Position numbers and translations under genes: made by a program. The notes under the pieces are model-generated. The model searched no databases, was not told where the DNA came from, and worked only from the letters and a program-made list of their open reading frames with translations. 64,000 nt of DNA from the sequence record MT811961.1; one strand, given 5' to 3'. Shown in pieces: positions 1 to 7,562 of this stretch; position 1 is the first letter of the stretch; every line of letters starts with the position of its first letter.

Positions 1-2
1 AC

Positions 3-446
3 TACGGCTTCCGTACGTACTCACATGACTTTGGCATGGATCTTGAAGGTCGTCAATACGGTCTTGTTAAGAAAGGCAAAGTTAAAGTCAAGAACAACGA
101 AGTTAATATGGTTGCCGAATATGACAACCTACCTGAATTCATGAAACGCTGTCTAGCGCCTAAAGAGTTCCAGGTGATGAAAGAAATCAATGAGCAATCA
201 CGTGATGGTTTCCGTGGCGCAGTTATCTCAGCTGGTCCATTCTCTATTCGTGAAAGTATTGCTTATGTTCCGCCAGCAGCTATTCCATCTGTAAATTCAG
301 GTCAAAGCCAAGCTCCAGCGCAACAGTCACAGCAGCAAACTGATGAGTTCAACACTGCACCACAACAGCAGCAACAACCTCAACAACAAGCGCCGCAGCA
401 ATCACCAATGCAAGACGACATTAACTTCGATGAAATCGAGTTCTAA
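3..446 (+). CDS. 5'-truncated CDS with Q/P-rich linker and acidic-aromatic C-terminal tip (SSB-tail-like)
   Basis: Frame is open from position 3 (YGFRTYSHDFGMDLEG...) and ends ...QQAPQQSPMQDDINFDEIEF, followed by a terminator. Confidence 0.6.
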   Translation, partial: YGFRTYSHDFGMDLEGRQYGLVKKGKVKVKNNEVNMVAEYDNLPEFMKRCLAPKEFQVMKEINEQSRDGFRGAVISAGPFSIRESIAYVPPAAIPSVNSGQSQAPAQQSQQQTDEFNTAPQQQQQPQQQAPQQSPMQDDINFDEIEF

Positions 447-453
447 TAAAAGC

Positions 454-501
454 CCTACTCCCTCCGGGGAGTAGGCTTGTCCTTTTATTCTTTTTTTTTT
501 G
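454..501 (+). terminator. Intrinsic terminator
   Basis: Hairpin cctactccc-tcc-ggggagtagg (454-475) followed by a long T tract. Confidence 0.8.
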
Positions 502-507
502 TTAAGC

Positions 508-540
508 GAAAAAAAAATACCCACCCCGAAGGGCGGGAAG
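508..540 (-). terminator. Intrinsic terminator of the Ro60-like gene
   Basis: Hairpin at 520-537 preceded on + by an A run (U tract on -). Confidence 0.6.
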
Positions 541-624
541 AAATAGTATCTTAACCAATTAGAAGAACCAGTAAGCCCTCACTTACTCTGTCCCGAAGCT
601 TTTTAAAAAGCCATACTATTTGGT

Positions 625-2175
625 TTATTTTGCGAGGAAGATATCTACAAGCTTGGTTTGCAGAGTACCGATTCCTTTTACTGTTAACAGTCCAGCATGA
701 CGAGGTTCATCCAGAATCACTGTAGCGTCTTCTACGGCGACATGATGAACTATCTTAGTCAATGGGTTACGTCCAGTCAAATACGTATCCAGGGCGTCTA
801 GGAAGCCTTTACGGAAGTGTTCTGACTTAACCACTGGTCGATGTTCATAGATAACCACATTGTCATATGCTACCGGCTGTGTCATCAGAATCTGAATAAA
901 CGACATCGAAGGCATAACAACTCGATCTTTAGGAACTACACGCAGATGATCATAAAGGGCATCGACAGTAACGTTCTTAGGATCTAATACAAATGTACCT
1001 TCTCCAACAATAACAAGATTGCAATGAAGTGACTTGGCACGATCAAGTGCACCGGCAACAACTTCTTTAGAAATCTCATCCCAGTTAAGGAAAAGGAATA
1101 CTGCATTGTTTTCAATACCACGTTCAGGATATTCAACTTCTTCATAGCGACGAAGTAGCAAACGTCTTGTTTCAGGGAAACGTTCTGCATCCAAGGCCTC
1201 ACGATAAATCAATAGATCCACTGGTGTGATGCGCTGGTCTCTTAGCCAACCAGAAACAATACACATAAAGCGATCTGCTAGTTTGTCATCCAAGAATTCA
1301 AACGAAGGATCTATTTTTGCGATTTGCAGGAAGTTTTCCGGAGCTACATGTTTGCCATAGAATAATGCGCTCAGTATCTCAGCATAGTACAAGAACTTCT
1401 TCGGATAGACAGTGTGGTCGAAAGGTAAACCTTCTATCATCTTCGCAGCGGTCTCTACAGAGCCTTTAGCGCACAAGTTAAGGCCTAACACCTCTGAATA
1501 CGTTAAGAAGCGCTGAGGGACTTCTGAGGCGTCTCCACGATATCCTTTGATAATTCGCAGACATGCATCCTGTAGGTCATCACTGCCACGCAGAAACAAA
1601 CGACGTACAAGACTACGGTGGCTAAATGATATCGGTTTTTCATCGAACTGTACCGTTACCTTTTTATGGGCCAATACCTCACCGAGTAGATCACGAGGGT
1701 CTCGTTCAAGATACCAGCGACTAAGTACTTTCTTAACCATGCGGCCAAAGCCACGATAGTAAGAGATGAAACACGCAAAGCGAAGAATGTCTTCTGCATC
1801 CATACACAGATCTACTGCTGTATTTAGAGCATAGCTACTTGCTTCGAAGTCATCCGTATTGCCGGCTACCTTAGCCAGGATGAATAACCGATTTGCTTTT
1901 GTTTCTTTTGTAAATGAATACGATTGGGATACAACAAAACTAGTGATCCCTCTACCGCGTTGCTTGATCTGTTCCTCATAGCCATTGAAAGCCAAGTCGG
2001 AGTAAACTTGATCAGCACAGTCGATAGATGCCACATGACCATTCGAGCCCGTCAATAGAATGCGCTTCAGTGTAGTCTCTAAACTAATCACATTACGTTC
2101 TTTAAGGGAATCCAGCAAAGTACTTAATTCTACTTCGCCTTCGAATAATGTCTGGGTGATTTTATTTTTGTTCAT
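625..2175 (-). CDS. rsr: Ro60/Rsr-like TROVE-vWA RNA-binding protein with degenerate MIDAS motif
   Basis: 516 aa with ordered Ro60-like blocks: LKRILLTGSNG, GFGRMVKKVLSRWYLERD, SFSHRSLVRRL, and C-terminal ALDTYLTGRNPLTKIV...ILDEPRHAGLLTVKGIGTLQTKLVDIF. SD tgagga precedes the ATG. Confidence 0.8.
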   Translation of the reverse strand: MNKNKITQTLFEGEVELSTLLDSLKERNVISLETTLKRILLTGSNGHVASIDCADQVYSDLAFNGYEEQIKQRGRGITSFVVSQSYSFTKETKANRLFILAKVAGNTDDFEASSYALNTAVDLCMDAEDILRFACFISYYRGFGRMVKKVLSRWYLERDPRDLLGEVLAHKKVTVQFDEKPISFSHRSLVRRLFLRGSDDLQDACLRIIKGYRGDASEVPQRFLTYSEVLGLNLCAKGSVETAAKMIEGLPFDHTVYPKKFLYYAEILSALFYGKHVAPENFLQIAKIDPSFEFLDDKLADRFMCIVSGWLRDQRITPVDLLIYREALDAERFPETRRLLLRRYEEVEYPERGIENNAVFLFLNWDEISKEVVAGALDRAKSLHCNLVIVGEGTFVLDPKNVTVDALYDHLRVVPKDRVVMPSMSFIQILMTQPVAYDNVVIYEHRPVVKSEHFRKGFLDALDTYLTGRNPLTKIVHHVAVEDATVILDEPRHAGLLTVKGIGTLQTKLVDIFLAK

Positions 2176-2189
2176 AACAAATCCTCAAT

Positions 2190-2237
2190 AAATAAAAGAG
2201 GTATAGAGTACGGACGACCCACAAGGGCCGTCCGTAC
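2190..2237 (-). terminator. Terminator/attenuator between the candidate Y RNA and the Ro60-like gene
   Basis: Minus-strand hairpin gtacggacggccc-ttgt-gggtcgtccgtac followed by ctcttttattt. Confidence 0.65.
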
Positions 2238-2258
2238 CTACCTGTCCTCTCGGACAAT

Positions 2259-2345
2259 TCAACGAGCGAGGTCTAAACCTACACAGGGCGACTCACTGGG
2301 GTAAAGACCCAGGGTCGACCTGATTCGATCAAGCAGCTCGGCATG
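2259..2345 (-). ncRNA. Candidate YrlA-like Y RNA (circularly permuted tRNA-like module)
   Basis: On - strand: closing stem cgagc/gctcg, T-arm-like gcttg-ATCGAAT-caggt, closed acceptor-like hairpin, GG-containing D-like loop. It lies directly upstream of the Ro60-like gene. Confidence 0.45.
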
Positions 2346-2439
2346 CATGGTCCTACAATGTAGCTCCATGACTCACATTCAAATGCACAGTTTCATTTGG
2401 AGTTCCGACATGATACGCAAGCGTTCATACAGAGTTGTG

Positions 2440-2456
2440 CATACTATTAGGTATAG
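2440..2456 (-). promoter_or_regulatory. Class II (TATG-type) phage promoter driving the Y-like RNA / Ro unit
   Basis: Minus strand ctatacctaatagtatg, near-identical to copies at 6077 and 16220. Confidence 0.6.
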
Positions 2457-2463
2457 ATGTTTT

Positions 2464-2493
2464 TTTTTCATTGGTTCATGAGTTCTATATTAC
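2464..2493 (+). promoter_or_regulatory. Class I (early, TATATTAC-type) promoter
   Basis: tctatattac at 2484-2493 with upstream TTTCA. Matches the phiKZ early consensus TATATTAC. Confidence 0.65.
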
Positions 2494-2534
2494 CAGGGTA
2501 GATAGATACATTAAAAACTAAAAGGAATAAACCA

Positions 2535-3161
2535 ATGGAAGATATTAAATTCAATACCGTGCCAGCTGGCCTACACTTCAACGACAAACTTGAAGCAACA
2601 TTCTACCACGAGGAAGAAGCAGTCTCGTTTCTACTTCAATTACTTACACAACGCAAATCAGATACTCCGCTGTATCTTGTGGCGTTTCGCAATGGACCAC
2701 TACTGAAGTATCTTGTTACTGGCCGTCCAGAAAACGAAGAGGAAGATTTCCTGCGTTGGACAGGCTACCGATACTATAGTGCCAAACTAGTTAAAACGAG
2801 TCATCCTTCGATGCGCCGTCTGTGGTTAAACCAAGAAGGCGTATTTGATATGATGGATGCAGCCGGCGTTCCATTAATCCAGTGTCGCTACTTTGCTGTG
2901 GTTGACAAAGAGATCACCGAAAAGATGGAATATCATGGAGAGGATCTAAATCACGATACTGTTTCTAGTCTTCTTCATCGCTACACAAAGACCATTGCCG
3001 GCGAGGGTGATGGCAATCCAACTAACCGTTATTCGGCATCCTGTCCGGTAGAGGAGAATCTCATCGTAGTTTCTATTCCTCTATCTGACGATGCCTTTCC
3101 ACTAAAATACCATTGGGAGAAACACCATGTCTATAGCACATCTGATGCAAGCGGCCTATAA
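2535..3161 (+). CDS. Hypothetical early protein, 208 aa
   Basis: SD aaagga plus ATG, downstream of the early promoter. No recognised motif. Confidence 0.75.
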   Translation: MEDIKFNTVPAGLHFNDKLEATFYHEEEAVSFLLQLLTQRKSDTPLYLVAFRNGPLLKYLVTGRPENEEEDFLRWTGYRYYSAKLVKTSHPSMRRLWLNQEGVFDMMDAAGVPLIQCRYFAVVDKEITEKMEYHGEDLNHDTVSSLLHRYTKTIAGEGDGNPTNRYSASCPVEENLIVVSIPLSDDAFPLKYHWEKHHVYSTSDASGL

Positions 3162-3305
3162 TCTAATCAAGAAGGGCAAGTGTCCTAACTGCAAAACCGA
3201 ACTCAATGACTCGATGGAGGCAGGAGACAAGGAAATTTATACATGTGGTTCTTGTGCCTCTAACTGGGTTGTTGACCATAACGCCAAGACTGTGGAGAAG
3301 CACTA

Positions 3306-3611
3306 ATGGAAGTTATCATCGGTACTATCCTCCTGGGCGTTCTCATCGTCCTGGCAGTTTGGAGCGGGATCAAGATCTGGCCACAGACACTTTCTGATTC
3401 ATGCAATGGCGAGAGTGTCTATATGATCCAGAGATTGAATCAGGCCTATCGAGAAGCCGCCATAAAGACCGATGACCCGGTAAAAGCAATGGAGGCCGCA
3501 CGGGCCGTCCATTTTTCCTTTCGCAATCAATATCCCAACAATCCGTTTGTAACCAGATTTGACTTTGGTAAGTTTGTTGACAAACGCCATGAACATTACT
3601 TTGGGGTTTAA
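3306..3611 (+). CDS. Small membrane-anchored protein
   Basis: N-terminal hydrophobic helix. HFSFRNQYPNN resembles a motif in the next gene. Confidence 0.7.
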   Translation: MEVIIGTILLGVLIVLAVWSGIKIWPQTLSDSCNGESVYMIQRLNQAYREAAIKTDDPVKAMEAARAVHFSFRNQYPNNPFVTRFDFGKFVDKRHEHYFGV

Positions 3612-3612
3612 C

Positions 3613-3951
3613 ATGTTCGATATCGCAATTTTAGTTCTAATGCTGGTTGGTCTTTTCGGAGATCTTTTCTATATTCGTCTAATTGGCGTTCGTCAGCGTC
3701 GTTTGATTCTTCGTTGGAATCATGAGTTTGTTGATCTTATTCGTGAACTAGCCAGCGCGAGTTATCAGAACGATGACTATACATATGGACGAGAAGCCTC
3801 TGTAAAGCTCCATGGTCAGTTTTTAGACCAATACCCTAGCAACCTTATTCCTCAAGAGATGAAATCCCCTCAGATAGCTGTACGGATCTTCTCGCGGGAA
3901 TTTAACAAACTAACCAACGTACCAGGAGTAGACAATGGAGATGTTCTTTGA
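3613..3951 (+). CDS. Small membrane-anchored protein, paralog of the previous gene
   Basis: Likely start MFDIAILV directly after the upstream stop. N-terminal TM helix and HGQFLDQYPSN. Confidence 0.7.
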   Translation: MFDIAILVLMLVGLFGDLFYIRLIGVRQRRLILRWNHEFVDLIRELASASYQNDDYTYGREASVKLHGQFLDQYPSNLIPQEMKSPQIAVRIFSREFNKLTNVPGVDNGDVL

Positions 3952-4285
3952 TCCTTTGCATTATTTAACCATTATCGACCTTACGATACTGGGTGCACTT
4001 ATCGTCATCATCTTTGGATGGATGGCATATGACAAAGGTATCGACGTATACGATCGTAAACTACTTGATGAGTTTACTAAATTCCATCGTGAGTTAATTG
4101 ACTCAGAGATGCTGATCAACTACGTCAAGCAAGATGATCGCTCTGGTTGGAACATGTTCGTCTACACGATGGCTACCAATGCTGGACTAGATGAGAATCG
4201 ATACTTCCGTAAGTGGTATCTGAATCATGGCTTCCAGAAGCTGTTTGATGATCTACCTGAAGACTCTATACAACTGGCTTTATAA
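3935..4285 (+). CDS. Small membrane-anchored protein
   Basis: SD aggag, N-terminal TM helix, overlaps the upstream stop, followed by a terminator. Confidence 0.7.
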   Translation: MEMFFDPLHYLTIIDLTILGALIVIIFGWMAYDKGIDVYDRKLLDEFTKFHRELIDSEMLINYVKQDDRSGWNMFVYTMATNAGLDENRYFRKWYLNHGFQKLFDDLPEDSIQLAL

Positions 4286-4291
4286 CATCAT

Positions 4292-4337
4292 GGAGAGGGG
4301 TTATCCTCTCTCCTGCTCTACCTCTTTTTTCTTTTTT
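4292..4337 (+). terminator. Intrinsic terminator
   Basis: ggagagggg-ttat-cctctctcc followed by a T tract. Confidence 0.7.
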
Positions 4338-4405
4338 AAATTTAAAATAACAGACCATTCTAATCGTTTAGTTTTCCAAAAGGGGGAACCGTCTGGGAGG
4401 GGGTT

Positions 4406-4552
4406 TTAGCGTTAATCCTATTAAGACTTAATAGAGAGCTAGATACAGCTAGATAGAGATCATCTAGATCAGAGATAGATGAGAACTAGTAGCTAGCTAA
4501 GTAGATAGGATATCATCGATAGAGAGGGATAGGGACACTGGGATAACGCTAA
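4406..4552. repeat. AGAT/GATA-rich low-complexity tract flanked by a 9-bp inverted repeat
   Basis: ttagcgtta (4406-4414) and taacgctaa (4544-4552) enclose about 10 (A/G)GAT(A) units. Confidence 0.7.
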
Positions 4553-4592
4553 TACAAGCACCTAGATAAAAATTTTCGATTTTTTTTTTCAG

Positions 4593-4628
4593 CTGGCTCG
4601 AAAGAGCTAGTGTTATTATTTTTTTTTT
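4593..4628 (+). terminator. Probable intrinsic terminator
   Basis: ctggctc-gaaa-gagctag followed by a T run. Confidence 0.5.
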
Positions 4629-4704
4629 CGTATTTTGTGACCTATGTGAATTCTGTTGAAATACGTGTATGGGGATATGAGATTTCACGTAGACGGAGAA
4701 ATAC

Positions 4705-4735
4705 CCACTCCCTCCCCCGTTAAGGGGAGAGGTGG
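4705..4735. terminator. GC-rich hairpin, terminator-like
   Basis: ccactccctcccc-cgttaa-ggggagaggtgg. Confidence 0.45.
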
Positions 4736-5580
4736 ATACTTCAATGCGGATAACTCTGGATACTGGGGAATTTTCTTTAAAGTTAATTCGATAGTATTGA
4801 GTTGTGTTGGATCAGACGAGTGTATCTGATACCGATAACTTCTGTGAAAGTTATCACTTAGCTATATAAGTTCGATATCTTCCACATAACCCATGAGGAA
4901 GTATTTACTTATTAATCTGATAGATACATCAGATGAAAATGGATAATGGTCTTAGAGACACATACAGGGACTCTAAGGAGTTAACAATATCATTAACTCA
5001 CAGGGTTTCTAACTAAGTCCTTTAAGAGAAGCAAACAAAATAGAAACTTTGTTAAGATATAAAGGCTCATAGTGGAATTCAAAAGATCTTAATATATTGT
5101 GTCGTAGAATAAAAAACAACCTTATCACCTAGTGTAATAAAATTTTGATATGTTATAAATTCATGTTAGTTAAGTTAGATTATGATATTGTATCTAGTTT
5201 TACTAAGATGAAGTTACACATCATGAGATTCTACTACATAATATCCACGAGATGTAATTACCAACAAATCCATATTTTCTATCAGAGATATAAATAATCA
5301 TGATTCCTCCCTCACGGGAGAAATCTACAAAATCATCTTTATGAGAAAAATAACCACGCGCTCTCGCGCGTTATTATATTTATCTTTATCTTTAGATAAA
5401 GTAAATGGACCTCTCTTTATATTTATTTAACCTGTTATTATTTCTTTTTACTAATTATATCTAAAGATATAAGTATAAAGATATATTAAGCTCGTGTCAA
5501 ATAATTTAATCAGCTGGTTAATTTTGATGAACTGTGGACAAAGCCAGTCACCATAAGGCCTGAGAAAAGTTTTAAGAGAT

Positions 5581-5714
5581 TATACCCAATCTTGTAGACA
5601 ACCATGTTATGACGACGGCGTGGATGAGATCACTGGCGAGTAATCTCTGCATTGTCTATCTCCTCTGAATTACCATCCCTCTCCCACTAGGGAGGGGGGT
5701 AGGTATTATTCTTT
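5581..5714 (+). ncRNA. Candidate small RNA unit U1
   Basis: Promoter-like tatacccaatcttgtag, closing stem agacaa/ttgtct, inner gagat/atctc hairpin, terminator 5671-5714, no ORF. Confidence 0.45.
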
Positions 5715-5741
5715 GTCCTGATGGAAATAAAAAAAAAACAC

Positions 5742-6072
5742 ATACACCCAATAGTATGACTTCAGTGAACCATTAATTGCTCTCCTAAGTGTTGATGTAT
5801 CTCGTTTAGTCCTTTCTTACATTGTTCGGTTCCTGTAAACCGATGGTGCATGATAGTTTCTCTGATCGCCTCCCTTGTGGAAGTTATTTGAGTGAAGCCT
5901 CCAATTTAGATTGTTTTAGTTGTGATGCCTCCTGACCTCAGGTTTGGAGGCTGCCTTCTAAAGTCATCTGCATGAGATTGACCCATTGCAGTTTTACCTT
6001 ATGATCTGCAACGAAACCGTTAAGAGTGTGAAGCCTCCCTGCCTATGGCGGGGAAGCTAATTATTCTTTTAT
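5742..6072 (+). ncRNA. Candidate structured small RNA unit U2 (about 310 nt)
   Basis: Promoter-like atacacccaatagtatg, long-range helix atgactt/aagtcat, several hairpins, terminator 6032-6072. Confidence 0.5.
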
Positions 6073-6076
6073 CAGT

Positions 6077-6258
6077 TTATACCTAATAGTATAGTAAAAG
6101 TGTTGATCTCTTTCTGCTTTTTCTGCATGCCTATTTCCTTGGGCACGTCATCGTTTTGGAAACTGTTCGCTCCTCTGAGCGTGGTGGCTTTCTGATATTA
6201 GACATAATGATTCCTAGAGCTACCCTCCTGCCTTTGGTGGGAGGGTGAATTTCTTTTT
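6077..6258 (+). ncRNA. Candidate small RNA unit U3
   Basis: Promoter-like ttatacctaatagtata, hairpins such as cgctc-ctct-gagcg, terminator 6222-6258. Confidence 0.45.
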
Positions 6259-6267
6259 AACCGTCGT

Positions 6268-6571
6268 GTCTAATGATGTAGCAACGAATTACCATTTGTT
6301 GATTAAAATGCTTTTAATGAATTACCTCAATAAAGCTGAATTCATTGTCGGAGGTCAAGTCCTGTTACCGACTGACAGTGAAGTAGTGGTGGTGTTATTG
6401 CATCGTCCTCGATCTGGACTTTCCTTAGGGTCCAAATAGTAATTGTCTGAAAAGTTACTGCTTTTTTAAATTTCATAACGTTTGTATCGTTATGGGTTGA
6501 CTCAGGAAGAGTCGATCCTTAAGCATCGATGGTGGTGGGGGTGTTGTCCCTCGCCCCGCATCTTATTTTTT
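6268..6571 (+). ncRNA. Candidate small RNA unit U4 (may encode a short peptide)
   Basis: Promoter-like gtctaatgatgtag, hairpins cataacg/cgttatg and gactc/gagtc, terminator 6528-6571. A weak ORF ends at 6439. Confidence 0.35.
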
Positions 6572-6576
6572 ATGTA

Positions 6577-6708
6577 GTCACCTAATCTTATGGTTAAGTG
6601 ACGTATCCAATTCTTTGGTCGGGATTGGACACCTGGATTCTTTCAGGTTCTCTCTTGCTATTCCTCCTGCCCTTCGGGGTGGGAGGTTATAGTTTATTTT
6701 TTGTTTTC
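6577..6708 (+). ncRNA. Candidate small RNA unit U5
   Basis: Promoter-like gtcacctaatcttatg, two hairpins each near attcttt, UUCG terminator 6663-6708. Confidence 0.45.
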
Positions 6709-6795
6709 CTTATTGACAGCGAATCCTATGGGTATAATTTTAGTTAATTAAAGTTACTCCTTCAATCGTATTAGTTAATAAGAGGTAGGCGAAGT

Positions 6796-7077
6796 ATGGG
6801 TACACCGATACTATTCGCGGCTTTAATCGGCTTTAGCTGGCTCATAATTTCTATGGAAAGAAAGTCGGTTTTACGAGAGTGTGAGTCTGAGAAAACTTCG
6901 ACGTTGGGCAAACTCCATTTACTGGCTAGTCATAAATGGCAACCCGATACAGCTGAGAAGAAGATTCAACAGATCGCACAAGTAAGACGAACCAATGGGC
7001 TAGGTAATAAGTTGGTTCCAGGCATCAGCGACGATGACATCAAGCGAGTATGCCGAGACAAAGCTTGCAGTCTCTAA
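6796..7077 (+). CDS. Small membrane-anchored protein, 93 aa
   Basis: SD gaggt and an N-terminal hydrophobic helix. Confidence 0.7.
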   Translation: MGTPILFAALIGFSWLIISMERKSVLRECESEKTSTLGKLHLLASHKWQPDTAEKKIQQIAQVRRTNGLGNKLVPGISDDDIKRVCRDKACSL

Positions 7078-7125
7078 GACTAAAAACAAAAACAACAACC
7101 AATATAGATTATAACAACAAGAGGA

Positions 7126-7515
7126 ATGGCCATGACCAGTTACGGTTATATTGCTCTCGCGTTGGTGATAGGCTTAGTTGCGTTAGCGTCTTGCTGGACT
7201 GTCAGTAAGAAAAGGGATGAAGTTAACCAACAGCACATGGAAAACGTAGAAGAGATACTCGAGAAAAAGAAAGCACCTCCAGTTGAAATGGAAGAGGCCG
7301 ATCTTTATATCGCATTGTTTACTATTTATGCTCGCGACCACGTAACGTCAACTGGACGCAAGCTATCAAGTAACCGTCTAAGTAAACTAGAAGCTGCATA
7401 CCGCGAAGGCTATCAAGTCTTAATGGGTAGAGGCTTACCGGAAATGGATAAGCCATACCAGCGAATCAAAGCTGCTTTGAAGTCACATGATCTCATGGTT
7501 GAGCAAGTGGGCTAA
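7126..7515 (+). CDS. Small membrane-anchored protein, 129 aa
   Basis: SD agagga and an N-terminal TM helix. Confidence 0.7.
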   Translation: MAMTSYGYIALALVIGLVALASCWTVSKKRDEVNQQHMENVEEILEKKKAPPVEMEEADLYIALFTIYARDHVTSTGRKLSSNRLSKLEAAYREGYQVLMGRGLPEMDKPYQRIKAALKSHDLMVEQVG

Positions 7516-7528
7516 AAAAAAAGATAAT

Positions 7529-7553
7529 CCTATCCCCCGTAATGGGGGATAGG
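7529..7553. terminator. Bidirectional terminator
   Basis: cctatccccc-gtaat-gggggatagg with A and T flanks, between convergent genes. Confidence 0.8.
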
Positions 7554-7562
7554 GTTTCTTAT

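Noticed and set aside
3-446. PhuZ tubulin C-terminus
   Set aside because: No tubulin motifs are visible and the long poly-Q linker fits poorly. It cannot be fully excluded because the N-terminus is missing.
4497-4688. Minus-strand 63-aa ORF
   Set aside because: It arises from homopolymer and low-complexity sequence and has no RBS.
6245-6439. 64-aa ORF as a confident gene
   Set aside because: Its start lies inside the U3 terminator and there is no SD. A shorter peptide from 6308 remains possible.
4290-6790. tRNA cluster or CRISPR array in the non-coding block
   Set aside because: No cloverleaf with a GTTC(G/A)A arm and anticodon loop, and no constant-length repeat-spacer periodicity was seen.
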